Origin: Candidatus Harrisonbacteria bacterium CG10_big_fil_rev_8_21_14_0_10_44_23
Lineage (GTDB): Bacteria > Patescibacteriota > Minisyncoccia > UBA6257 > 1-14-0-10-44-23
Reading direction: 5' to 3'
Length of the DNA: 35,071 bases
NCBI GenBank assembly: GCA_002773475.1
Contig: PFBB01000014.1
Location: 25,129-60,199, forward strand
Shown piece by piece: positions 1 through 8,300 of the stretch. Under the pieces are notes generated by a model. It ran no database searches, was not told the DNA's origin, and saw only the letters and a program-made list of their open reading frames with translations. Position 1 is the first letter of the stretch; each line of letters begins with the position of its first letter. The translations under genes were made by a program, and so were the position numbers.

Positions 1-1566
1 ATCGATGGTATCAATCGTGGACTCGAAGCAAGGGAGATAATGGAAGAAACAGACGCCTTTCCCCATGACTCCTTTAAAGAGATAAAATTTGCCAACCGTC
101 CACTCAACCAATTTGGAGAACTAGATCTTCACCGCCCCTACATCGATCAAGTCAAATTAGCCCATCCCAGGACCGGAAAATCCCTTCAGCGAATTGAAGA
201 CGTCGCTGATGTCTGGTTTGATTCGGGGGCAATGCCGTATGCCAGCCAACACTTCCCCTTTAACCAAGAGAAGAAAGGTCTAAAAGCGCTAAAAGAAATT
301 CCCTTCCCGGCGGATTATATTTCTGAAGCCGTTGATCAGACCCGAGGTTGGTTTTACACCCTTCACGCCATTGCCGTCCTCTTGGGTCAGCCCCAAGCCT
401 ACAAAAATGTAGTTTGTTTAGGGCTTATAAGCGACAAGGAGGGCAAGAAAATGTCTAAATCAAAAGGCAACGTCATTAATCCAAATGAAATGATCAACAA
501 ATATGGGTCCGATATGGTGCGTTGGTATTTTTACACAATGAACAACCCCGGCGACTCAAAAAACTTCAACGAAGACGACCTAGCCAAGACCTCCAGAAAG
601 ATAGCAACCATTCTCTACAACTCCTTCAGCTTCTTTAACACCTATGGGCAATTCACTATCGAAAATGGAGCCGAGCTAAAGAGCGAAAACATTCTAGATA
701 AATGGATTATGGCTGAATTGTATGATCTATCCGAAACAATTTCTGATTATCTAGATAACTACAAAATCACCGAAGCCGGCAGGAGGATAGAAAGCTTTAT
801 CGACGGCCTTTCCCGCTGGTATATTCGCCGATCGCGATCGCGCTTCCAAGACGCTACTAAGTCCGGCCAGCAAAGCGAAGACTATCTCTCTGCCTCAAGG
901 ACCCTTCAGTACGTGTTTGTTCAAATAGCCAAGATAATGGCTCCGTTCACTCCGTTTCTAGCCGAAGCTCTATATCAATCCGCCAGCGGAGTACAAACTT
1001 CTGTGCATCTTGAAAACTGGACTCAGGTTGATAAGGCATTCAAAAACCCCGAGCTAATCGAAAACATGCAGTCTCTCCGCGACCTCTCCACCAACGCCCT
1101 CGCCCTTCGCGCTGAGGCTGGAATAAAAGTTCGCCAGCCACTCTCCTCGCTAACCCTAAAGGACCAAGGTTTAGAAAAAGAGACAGAGCTTCTAGAAATT
1201 CTAAAAAACGAAGCTAATGTTAAAGAAATTAAATTCGACTCCAAGCTCGAAAACGAAAAGGGGTTAGAGCTCGATCAACAAATTACCCCAGAGCTCAAAG
1301 AAGAGGGTATGGTTAGAGAAATAACTAGGGCCATCCAGGGACTACGCCAAAAAGCCAACCTCGACGTCAAAGAAAGGATCAAAACAATTCAATTTAATGC
1401 CCCAGAAACGGTAACAAAAACAATTGATAAATATGCCCAACAGATTATCGCTGCGGTTGGCGCAGAAAATATCGAGCACACGACAGAAATAATCAACCCA
1501 GACACCGATACAAGCGCAGAGCTAAAGATAGATGATGGCGTTATTGGTCTAGGATTGGCTAAGTAG
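1..1566 (+). CDS. ileS: Isoleucyl-tRNA synthetase, C-terminal part (5' end outside the window)
   Basis: Frame 1 is open from base 1; the listed ORF only begins at the first Met (base 40). Class I aaRS signatures are present: DVWFDSGAMPYA, DQTRGWFYTL and the KMSKS loop (KKMSKSKGN). A long anticodon-binding/C-terminal region follows, as in DQTRGWFY-type IleRS. Confidence 0.8.
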   Translation: MDGINRGLEAREIMEETDAFPHDSFKEIKFANRPLNQFGELDLHRPYIDQVKLAHPRTGKSLQRIEDVADVWFDSGAMPYASQHFPFNQEKKGLKALKEIPFPADYISEAVDQTRGWFYTLHAIAVLLGQPQAYKNVVCLGLISDKEGKKMSKSKGNVINPNEMINKYGSDMVRWYFYTMNNPGDSKNFNEDDLAKTSRKIATILYNSFSFFNTYGQFTIENGAELKSENILDKWIMAELYDLSETISDYLDNYKITEAGRRIESFIDGLSRWYIRRSRSRFQDATKSGQQSEDYLSASRTLQYVFVQIAKIMAPFTPFLAEALYQSASGVQTSVHLENWTQVDKAFKNPELIENMQSLRDLSTNALALRAEAGIKVRQPLSSLTLKDQGLEKETELLEILKNEANVKEIKFDSKLENEKGLELDQQITPELKEEGMVREITRAIQGLRQKANLDVKERIKTIQFNAPETVTKTIDKYAQQIIAAVGAENIEHTTEIINPDTDTSAELKIDDGVIGLGLAK

Positions 1567-1567
1567 A

Positions 1568-1720
1568 CTACTGAGGCAAATAGCGACTATACGAATCAAG
1601 TTGGTAAAAATCTTGCTGGTTTTTTACCGCTTGATTACCAAAAAAGAAAAACACAACTGCAATCATCAACGCAGAGAATAGAGCCAAGATAGCCACCCCG
1701 ATTGATGCTCCGTTATTCAT
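1568..1720 (-). CDS. Hypothetical 50-aa small membrane protein (not in the ORF track because it is under 60 aa)
   Basis: My translation is MNNGASIGVAILALFSALMIAVVFFFFGNQAVKNQQDFYQLDSYSRYLPQ*. It has one hydrophobic helix. The ATG lies 1 nt after the trpS stop, which suggests translational coupling, and the ORF fills the ileS/trpS convergent gap. No homology recognised. Confidence 0.3.
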   Translation of the reverse strand: MNNGASIGVAILALFSALMIAVVFFFFGNQAVKNQQDFYQLDSYSRYLPQ

Positions 1721-1721
1721 A

Positions 1722-2693
1722 CTAACTAATACCGATACTCTTCCTAACTGTGCGCATCTTGTTTTCTGCTAGTTTCCGCGCCCTCTTTCCACCTCTAGTA
1801 AAAGCTTTTGTTGCGGCACCAGAAGATGTTTTGGCTTTTTTATTTCTATATTGAGCAAAATAATCTACCACCAAGTTGCCAACTCTTTCTTTCAGCTCAC
1901 CATAGCGGTTACCGCCCAAATCCTTTTCGGTTTCTTCCATAGTTTTCCCACTAAAGCTGCTGGCAATGCGTAAAAGATTGGAGACGCCGGGCTTATTTTT
2001 TTCGTCATATCTAACCTCATCCCCAGAATCCGTTACCGCCTTAACGAACTTTGCCTTAATTTCTTCAGGGCTTTCATCGATATACACACATCCGCTTGGT
2101 AGGGACTTACTCATTTTTTTTTCTGGGTTATCTAGACTCATAAGTCTTGGAGCCTCGGTGGTTATCGCTTCTGGAGTTTTAAACACTCGTCCAAATCGAT
2201 TATTAAACTTTCGTGCAACCAACCTTGTTAGCTCTACATGCTGCAGCTGATCTTCTCCCACTGGAACTTTATCTGCGTCGTAAATCAAAATATCTGCCGC
2301 TTGGAGAACCGGGTAGGTAAACAGCCCAACATTCTCTCCACTTTTTTCAGACTTCTCTTTGTATTGAGTCATCCTGCTCAGCTCACCCATTGGTGTGACG
2401 GAGTTAAAAATCCAAGCCAACTCTAAATGCTCTGGGATAGCAGATTGCAAAAATAAATTAGATTTTTTTGGATCAAGGCCAACCGCCAGAAAAGAACGCA
2501 TTAGGTCGGAGATTTCTTTTTGCTTCTCCCCCGGATCGTATTCAGTGGTTATGGAGTGATAATCAGCAATAAAGAAGAAGCACTCGTATTCTCCCGAGTT
2601 TTGTAAATCAACAAAATTCTTTAATGCACCGAGGTAATTCCCCAGATGCAATCTCCCCGTTGGTTGAATACCCGAAACTATTATTGGCTTCAT
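1722..2693 (-). CDS. trpS: Tryptophanyl-tRNA synthetase with a basic C-terminal tail
   Basis: The N-terminus MKPIIVSGIQPTGRLHLGNYLGA carries the TrpRS HIGH-type motif, and a KMSKS loop (KKMSKS) is present. I chose the Met at 2693 rather than 2720 because homology starts there. The C-terminal ~40 aa are Lys/Arg-rich. Confidence 0.9.
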   Translation of the reverse strand: MKPIIVSGIQPTGRLHLGNYLGALKNFVDLQNSGEYECFFFIADYHSITTEYDPGEKQKEISDLMRSFLAVGLDPKKSNLFLQSAIPEHLELAWIFNSVTPMGELSRMTQYKEKSEKSGENVGLFTYPVLQAADILIYDADKVPVGEDQLQHVELTRLVARKFNNRFGRVFKTPEAITTEAPRLMSLDNPEKKMSKSLPSGCVYIDESPEEIKAKFVKAVTDSGDEVRYDEKNKPGVSNLLRIASSFSGKTMEETEKDLGGNRYGELKERVGNLVVDYFAQYRNKKAKTSSGAATKAFTRGGKRARKLAENKMRTVRKSIGIS

Positions 2694-2814
2694 ATATTTA
2701 GAGTCTAGCGAAAAATACAAAATTATTCCATCTGAGTCTTCAATAAGTATTCACCAACAAGCTCGTCAACAATAAGGCAAGTATCATAAGTAGATAAAGA
2801 TTAAATAAAATCAC

Positions 2815-3186
2815 ATGAAGGAAAAACAAAAGAAGATTGCTGCCGGAGTTGGGGTCGGAATAGCCCTTGCCGCTGCCGCCGCCGCGATCTATTTATTCAC
2901 TGGCGAGGAGGGGAAAAAACGTCGCAAAAAAGTCTCCACTTGGGCAACTAATATGAAACAAGAAGCTGTCGATGCCCTCAAAGAAGCCAAACACACCAGT
3001 AAAAAAGCTTATCATCAACTCATTGATGAACTCGCCGAAAAATATGTCATGGCTAAAAATGTTAACAAAAAAGAAGCTTTACTTTTAGCCACCCAGTTAA
3101 AGACTCACTGGGATAGAATGCAAGCAGCCATGAAAGAAGCTCAAAAAAGCGTAAAAAAGAAAACAAAAAAAACGAGCAAAAAGTAA
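2815..3186 (+). CDS. Hypothetical membrane-anchored, Lys-rich helical protein (YtxH-like appearance)
   Basis: An N-terminal hydrophobic segment (IAAGVGVGIALAAAAAAIYLF) is followed by a charged helical region and a KKKTKKTSKK tail. The family call is from memory only. Confidence 0.5.
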   Translation: MKEKQKKIAAGVGVGIALAAAAAAIYLFTGEEGKKRRKKVSTWATNMKQEAVDALKEAKHTSKKAYHQLIDELAEKYVMAKNVNKKEALLLATQLKTHWDRMQAAMKEAQKSVKKKTKKTSKK

Positions 3187-3404
3187 AGCTTCAAAAATAA
3201 AACAGCCCGCTTCACGGACCGCCTTATTTTTTTACCAGAAATATTTTTTTGTGCAGCAAAATAATTTCTCGTAAGTTATCCACTTAATTTTCTACATTTA
3301 ATTTTTATTTCCAGTAAAATTAAAAGAGGAGAAAGAATTTTTGTTTTAAGTTTTATTTTTATTTATAAATATTATTTCTTAAATCTAAAAATCGTCATTC
3401 CCTT

Positions 3405-3665
3405 ATGTTCGAAAGGTCGAAGCGAAAAATTTTAAAAACACAAAAGAAAAATATGCCAGCAAAGAAACGACGAAAGGCTGCTCCAAAAAAGCGAGCAACC
3501 AAGAAGCGAGTTACCAAGAGAAAGACCACCAAGAAGCGAGCAACTAAGAAAAAAGCTGCTCCAAAGAAGAGAAAGACCACTCGCAAAAAGGCAACAAAGC
3601 GCAAAGCTGCTCCAAAGAAGCGAAAGACCACCAAGAAGCGAGCAACTAAGCGAAAGAAGCGATAA
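3405..3665 (+). CDS. Extremely basic, repeat-built histone-H1-like / nucleoid-associated-like protein
   Basis: The 86-aa product consists almost entirely of K/R/A/T/P, with repeated AAPKKRKTT-KKRATK modules. A strong bidirectional terminator follows. The start could instead be the internal Met (MPAKKRRK, base 3453). The antisense ORF 3395..3709 mirrors the low-complexity repeat. Confidence 0.55.
   Translation: MFERSKRKILKTQKKNMPAKKRRKAAPKKRATKKRVTKRKTTKKRATKKKAAPKKRKTTRKKATKRKAAPKKRKTTKKRATKRKKR
3477..3662. repeat. Three imperfect tandem coding modules, each beginning GCTGCTCCAAA (at 3477, 3555 and 3606)
   Basis: Direct reading shows gctgctccaaa(a/g)aag(c/a)ga... recurring three times with unit lengths of about 78, 51 and 57 nt. 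These encode the AAPKKR... modules of the basic protein. Confidence 0.6.
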
Positions 3666-3680
3666 AGCTTTTCAAAAAAT

Positions 3681-3712
3681 AAAATGGCTGAGGCGTACGC
3701 CTCAGCCATTTT
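3681..3712. terminator. Bidirectional intrinsic terminator between convergent genes
   Basis: AAAATGGCTGAGGCG-TA-CGCCTCAGCCATTTT forms a perfect ~15-bp stem. It is flanked by an A-run on the left and a T-run on the right. Confidence 0.8.
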
Positions 3713-3727
3713 ATTTTTCCTACTTTC

Positions 3728-3985
3728 TTATTGAAGCTCAGCATCCACTTGGACGGTGGTTTCCTCGGCTGGCGCTCCAGTTTCCGTGGTTTCCTCAGTG
3801 GTAGATGCGTTGGCCTCCACCATCTCCTCTTCCATTGTGCCATTATCAGCTTCCATTATCTCATCTGCTGCCGTTCCCTCGCCGTCCTCTACGGCCATTT
3901 CATCGCTAGAGCCGAGTAGCCAGTAAGCAAGGATAACTAAGATGATGATTATAACTATGGTCAAAAGAACATTTGATTTCTTCAT
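3728..3985 (-). CDS. Hypothetical membrane-anchored acidic protein
   Basis: An N-terminal TM helix (NVLLTIVIIIILVILAYWLL) is followed by a Glu/Asp/Thr-rich tail. No homology recognised. Confidence 0.5.
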   Translation of the reverse strand: MKKSNVLLTIVIIIILVILAYWLLGSSDEMAVEDGEGTAADEIMEADNGTMEEEMVEANASTTEETTETGAPAEETTVQVDAELQ

Positions 3986-4084
3986 AATCTCAAATTTAAA
4001 TTTATAAATTTAGTACAAACCGACCTATATATCCGTAAAAAAGGATGTTTAGATGTTAGCCCACATTTTCCAAATCAGCAAATT

Positions 4085-4171
4085 TGGTGCTCTGGGGGAG
4101 ACTTGAACTCCCACGATCCGGAGATCACAGCGACCTGAACGCTGCGCGTCTACCAATTCCGCCACCAGAGC
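4085..4171 (-). tRNA. tRNA-Leu (anticodon CAG), long variable arm, CCA encoded
   Basis: The reverse complement is GCTCTGGTGGCGGAATTGGTAGACGCGCAGCGTTCAGGTCGCTGTGATCTCCGGATCGTGGGAGTTCAAGTCTCCCCCAGAGCACCA. The acceptor pairs GCTCTGG/CCAGAGC. The anticodon stem is CAGCG/CGCTG with loop TTCAGGT. The variable arm is GATC-TCCG-GATC and the T arm is GGGAG-TTCAAGT-CTCCC. Confidence 0.92.
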
Positions 4172-4174
4172 AGA

Positions 4175-5821
4175 CTATGATTTAAAGCTTCTCGTAGTTT
4201 CAAAATACCAAGCCGCCGCCTCTTCTAAGTGATCAGCAGGAGAGGGGAGCAAAGTCCCTTCAATTCCCTTTGTTTCTGGACGAGATGCGTATATATAGTT
4301 TGGAGAATATAAGAAGATCGCAGGCAAACCGCTTCTTATCTTCGATTGAATCAAATTTAATGCCGCAGCCCTCTCTTCTTGATCAAACACCGTTCGGCTA
4401 ACTCCCAGAGCTTCATCCACCTCAGGATTGCTGTATAGGGAAAGATTTAGCCCGGGGTAAAATCTTTGGTTTGAGTGCCAAAAAGAATAAATATCCGAGT
4501 TTTCGCGCAAAACATTTCCAAATAGAAGAATTTGGTAATTCCTAGTTTTAATAATTTCCTCGTTTACATCTTCTGGCTCTAACACAATCGGGCTGAAATT
4601 GACGCCGATCTCCTTAACTTGTTTCTGAAGGATTTGCGCGCTTTCAACTAAGAAATCTATATTGGGGACGATTAGATCAAAATCCAAGACTTCTCCATCT
4701 TTCTCTCGCAAGCCAGTATCTTTGTTTGTCTCCCATCCAGCATCGCCCAAAACTTTTTTTGCCTCCCTCAAGCTTTGTTTATTGTCTTCTGGTTTTAAAT
4801 ACCCATCTAAAAACGGCAAAATTGGCCCGTCCGCTATTTCGCCCTGCCCCTCCAGTGCGCTATTTATTAAAGACTTCCTATCTATTGCTAAGTCCATCGC
4901 CTTTCGCACCTCAAGTTCTGCTAGAGCTGCATTGGCCGACTGATTAACAAACAAGGCATAGTATCGAGGGACGTTAAAAGTGTAAACTTCTGCCTGCCTC
5001 GAGATTGATGCCACGTGTTCATTTCTCAACCCTCCGATTCCATCTAGATAGTGGCGATTAAATGCAGCGAGTGCCTCTTTGAAGGTTTGGAAAAAACGCA
5101 CGTTAAATCTTCCTATTAAAGCCCTCTCTCCAGCATAATTATTGTTCCGAACTAATTTATACTCTGCTATTAATCCATCTCGCTCTTTTTCGATGCTTAA
5201 AAACCTATACGGGCCGCTAGCAATTGGCTCAAGGCTAAATTCTGATATGCGCAGGTTGCTCGGAGGGATTGAACCAAAGGCGTGTTGTGGTATTGGGCGA
5301 AAATCTGCCAACGTATCACCAAAGTAGCTATAAATTGCCGGCAATTTAAAAGTTAGAGTCCTCTCATCAACAATTTTCACATCTACATCGCGCCAAGTAG
5401 AAAAAAGAGGGGAGTTTGCTTCTCTATTTTTGATTGTATCGATAGTAAACAAAACGTCGTTAATATCTAAGGTCTCTCCGTCGGACCAAACTAAATTATC
5501 CCTCAAGACTAGCGTCCACTCCTTGCCGTCCTCTGAGTGCTCAATAGACTCAGCTAGAGTCTCTAAGTCAGCAAACATTAAAACCATTAAAGCGTGATCA
5601 ATTTCGTTTGCGTTACTTAAAACAGGGTTGATAAAAGAAGGCTGACCAACCAGTCCTTCCGTATATTCACCGCCTTGAGCGGGGATGATAGAGCTTACCG
5701 AAAAGTACCAGTATCCGAGACTGGTGATAAAAGCTAGGATAAAAATTGTTGCCGCGACCAAAAAAACTAATCTTTCATTTACAGAAAGTCTCTTATGGGC
5801 CGCCAATAGAGAAGAAATCAT
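4175..5821 (-). CDS. Family-5 (peptide/nickel type) ABC solute-binding protein with an N-terminal membrane anchor
   Basis: The 548-aa product has an N-terminal TM segment. Its length and sequence pattern (for example WSDGETL..DV.FT, NNNYAG, PNYIYA) are typical of SBP_bac_5 proteins. No permease or ATPase genes are adjacent. Confidence 0.75.
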   Translation of the reverse strand: MISSLLAAHKRLSVNERLVFLVAATIFILAFITSLGYWYFSVSSIIPAQGGEYTEGLVGQPSFINPVLSNANEIDHALMVLMFADLETLAESIEHSEDGKEWTLVLRDNLVWSDGETLDINDVLFTIDTIKNREANSPLFSTWRDVDVKIVDERTLTFKLPAIYSYFGDTLADFRPIPQHAFGSIPPSNLRISEFSLEPIASGPYRFLSIEKERDGLIAEYKLVRNNNYAGERALIGRFNVRFFQTFKEALAAFNRHYLDGIGGLRNEHVASISRQAEVYTFNVPRYYALFVNQSANAALAELEVRKAMDLAIDRKSLINSALEGQGEIADGPILPFLDGYLKPEDNKQSLREAKKVLGDAGWETNKDTGLREKDGEVLDFDLIVPNIDFLVESAQILQKQVKEIGVNFSPIVLEPEDVNEEIIKTRNYQILLFGNVLRENSDIYSFWHSNQRFYPGLNLSLYSNPEVDEALGVSRTVFDQEERAAALNLIQSKIRSGLPAIFLYSPNYIYASRPETKGIEGTLLPSPADHLEEAAAWYFETTRSFKS

Positions 5822-5830
5822 TTTTCTAGT

Positions 5831-6055
5831 CTAAAGAAAGAGGTTCGCTAGGGCTAGGACTCCAAAAATAATGACCAAGATTACCGTGCTGTAAAAGATT
5901 ATTTTTTCTAGTCCTCGGCGCTTTTGGTAAAAGCCATCGCCACCAGCTCCTCCTCCGCCAAAAAGCCCACCAGCGTCACCACCTCTCTCCTGCATTAAGA
6001 TAAGGGCAACAACCAATATCGAAATGACTATTTGTAGTAATGAAATTATTTGCAT
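5831..6055 (-). CDS. secG: Preprotein translocase subunit SecG
   Basis: The 74-aa product has two TM helices separated by a Gly-rich loop (LMQERGGDAGGLFGGGGAGG), the classic SecG layout. Confidence 0.8.
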   Translation of the reverse strand: MQIISLLQIVISILVVALILMQERGGDAGGLFGGGGAGGDGFYQKRRGLEKIIFYSTVILVIIFGVLALANLFL

Positions 6056-6056
6056 A

Positions 6057-6419
6057 TTATTCGTCTATTTTTTTCTTCTTTTTCGCCCCCCGAAACAACA
6101 GGTTAACAAAGCTGATTAATAGCGTTGAATACAGTAAGGCCATTAGCCCATCTATACTAATATGCTCAGAGTAAATGTCAACGATAAAGAGAATTGCTCC
6201 ATTGATTACCAAATTGAAGATTCCTAGCGTTAAGATGATGACCGGGCTAAATATCAACTTAATAAAAGGCCGCAAAATCATATGGATGAGCGTCAAAATC
6301 AGCACTAAGGCCAAAAATGCCACTATCGAACCAGTGAGATCAAACCCCGGTATAAAATAAGCCGCAGCTAAAAGCGCTAAACCGTTAACAATATATACCA
6401 TAATAAATCTACCGAGCAT
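6057..6419 (-). CDS. DUF360 / 'phage holin family IV'-type 4-TM membrane protein
   Basis: It has multiple TM helices and the motif-like stretch LRPFIKLIFSPVIILTLGIFNLVINGAILFIV seen in YvlD/DUF360 proteins. The start is uncertain: Met at 6455, 6419 or 6401. Confidence 0.55.
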   Translation of the reverse strand: MLGRFIMVYIVNGLALLAAAYFIPGFDLTGSIVAFLALVLILTLIHMILRPFIKLIFSPVIILTLGIFNLVINGAILFIVDIYSEHISIDGLMALLYSTLLISFVNLLFRGAKKKKKIDE

Positions 6420-6530
6420 AAGTATATTATACCGCACCCAACCGGCGCCTTCCATCTAGGCCCTCCTTTATCAAATTTAACAAACTTATATCATCTGTGA
6501 TATAATTATTCAAATTAACCCACCACAATT

Positions 6531-8045
6531 ATGAAAAACGATTCACTGCGTCGCATTGGTAAATTAATCGAAGACCTAAGAGAGAGAAATGGTCTTACTC
6601 AAGCGCAATTAGCTAAATCAATTCACACTAGCCAAAGCGCAGTTGCCCGCATGGAGAAGGGCCAGCAAAATTTCAGCACTGAAATGCTTTCGCGGCTCAG
6701 CCAAGCCTTCGGCAGTGACATCTTTACCTTGACAAAGGGGACGATGAACTTTCAAATTGAGGGAGGCCGAAAGCTACACGGCCAAGTCACCTGCAAAACC
6801 TCCAAAAATGCCGCAGTCGGACTGCTTTGCGCCTCACTGCTCAACAAAGGTAAAACAACCTTACAAAATATGCCCCGCATCGAGGAGGTAAATCGGATAA
6901 TCGAAGTTCTTCAAAGCATCGGCGCTGTAGTTCGTTGGAAGGACAACGATGTCGAGATCGACACCAGGGGGAAAATAGACCTAAACAAGATCGATCGAGA
7001 TGCCGCAATCAAAACCCGTAGCATCATCATGTTTATTGGTCCGCTAATCCATCGCCTTAAAACGTTTAAACTACCTCAAGTTGGCGGCTGTAAACTCGGC
7101 TCCCGTACCGTTCGCCCCCACTTTTACGCAATGGAAAAGCTTGGAGTAAAAATCAAAGCCGATAGCGACAACTACACTATTAGCCACAAAGAGCTCCACC
7201 CCGCCTACACCGTGTTGTATGAGTCGGGAGACACCGTAACCGAAAACCTCTTGATGGCCGCTGCCCTAATCCCTGGGGTGACCACCATAAAGATGGCCTC
7301 CGCCAACTATCAAGTTCAAGACATGTGCTTTTTCCTCGAAAAGCTCGGGGTCAAGATCGAGGGGATTGGCAGCACCACTCTCAAAGTTCACGGCATCAAA
7401 AAAATTGAGAAAAATATCGAATATTCTCCCGCCGAAGATCCAACCGAGGCGATGTTTTTCCTCGCCGTCGCCGCTACCACCAACTCTTCCATCGAAATCA
7501 AACGAGCCCCAATAGAATTTGTTGAGCTAGAGTTGCTCAAACTTGAAAAAATGGGCTTCAAATACAAAATATCCAAATTTTATAAAGCTAAAAATGGCAG
7601 AACTGACTTAGTCGACATCCAAACCAGCCAATCCACGCTAAACGCACTCGAAGAAAAGATTGCCGCCCGACCCTTCCCTGGTCTCAATATCGACAATCTT
7701 CCTTTCTTTGCCGTAATTTCTACCCAAGCCGAGGGCCAAACCCTGATCCACGACTGGGTTTATGAAAAACGTGCTCTCTATTACACCGAACTAGATAAAT
7801 TAGGCGCCAACACCATATTGGCTGATCCGCACCGAATTTACATCAACGGCCCAACCCAGTTAAAAGCCACCGAACTAGTCTGCCCGCCCGCGCTAAGACC
7901 AGCCACCATAATTTTAATCGGCATGCTAGCCGCCAAAGGCACCTCCGTTTTGCGCAACGTCTATTCCATCAACCGAGGATATGAAGATTTGGCCAACCGG
8001 TTAAATAAAATGGGAGCTAAAGTAAAAATCATTCACGATTTCTAA
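6531..8045 (+). CDS. murA: Fusion protein: N-terminal XRE-type helix-turn-helix domain plus a MurA-like UDP-GlcNAc enolpyruvyl transferase
   Basis: Residues ~8-66 (LRERNGLTQAQLAKSIHTSQSAVARMEKGQQNFSTEMLSRLSQAF) form a canonical Cro/C1 HTH. From MNFQIEGGRKLHGQV onward the sequence aligns by eye with MurA. Matches include SKNAA (Lys22 region), KTRS (Arg91 region), GGCKLGSRTVRPH (catalytic Cys115/Arg120 loop) and the C-terminal INRGYEDLANRLNKMGAKV. There is no stop between the two parts. Confidence 0.8.
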   Translation: MKNDSLRRIGKLIEDLRERNGLTQAQLAKSIHTSQSAVARMEKGQQNFSTEMLSRLSQAFGSDIFTLTKGTMNFQIEGGRKLHGQVTCKTSKNAAVGLLCASLLNKGKTTLQNMPRIEEVNRIIEVLQSIGAVVRWKDNDVEIDTRGKIDLNKIDRDAAIKTRSIIMFIGPLIHRLKTFKLPQVGGCKLGSRTVRPHFYAMEKLGVKIKADSDNYTISHKELHPAYTVLYESGDTVTENLLMAAALIPGVTTIKMASANYQVQDMCFFLEKLGVKIEGIGSTTLKVHGIKKIEKNIEYSPAEDPTEAMFFLAVAATTNSSIEIKRAPIEFVELELLKLEKMGFKYKISKFYKAKNGRTDLVDIQTSQSTLNALEEKIAARPFPGLNIDNLPFFAVISTQAEGQTLIHDWVYEKRALYYTELDKLGANTILADPHRIYINGPTQLKATELVCPPALRPATIILIGMLAAKGTSVLRNVYSINRGYEDLANRLNKMGAKVKIIHDF

Positions 8046-8125
8046 AGGAATTGGCCCGCGAGTCTACGAGCGGCTGCCAAACCTTTACCTTGAGCCCATC
8101 GAAGGATGCTCTTCGCGCAGCGAAT

Positions 8126-8157
8126 TTAAAAAAAGAGGGGGCTCACTGCTGAGCCCC
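8126..8157 (-). terminator. Terminator-like hairpin whose T-tract lies on the minus strand, with no minus-strand gene to terminate
   Basis: GGGGCTCA-CTGC-TGAGCCCC forms an 8-bp stem at 8138-8157, preceded on the plus strand by AAAAAAA. On the minus strand this reads hairpin + CTCTTTTTTT. Both flanking genes are on the plus strand. Confidence 0.35.
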
Positions 8158-8230
8158 ATAGCGATTAAACCAATCTTGGTCAAATACCTCGACAGGCCGG
8201 CTCCTTTCCTGCTACAGTATCAGCACTAAC

Positions 8231-8300
8231 TAAAAGTCATAAGCTAAAAGCTACTACTCCCCACCTGCTAAAAACTAACAGCTATAAGCTAAAAGCTATC
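8231..8300. repeat. Two copies of an AAGCTAAAAGCTA-containing motif directly upstream of the first mreB paralogue
   Basis: TAAAAGTCATAAGCTAAAAGCTAC lies at 8231-8254 and AGCTATAAGCTAAAAGCTATC at 8280-8300. A related copy is at 31116-31146 and a partial one (ATAAGCTATAG) at 11664-11674. Confidence 0.6.

Noticed and set aside
3395-3709. 104-aa minus-strand ORF overlapping the basic-protein gene
   Set aside because: It is a mirror image of the Lys/Arg repeat (Phe/Leu/Arg-rich) and runs through the bidirectional terminator. The plus-strand product has a coherent repeat structure and a proper terminator.
8150-8215. SRP (4.5S) RNA in the murA-mreB gap, suggested by GACAGGCCGG resembling GUCAGGUCCGG
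   Set aside because: The sequence that follows (CTCCTTTCCTGC) does not provide the GGAA tetraloop or the AGCAGC 3' strand of helix 8. The similarity is limited to about 8 nt.
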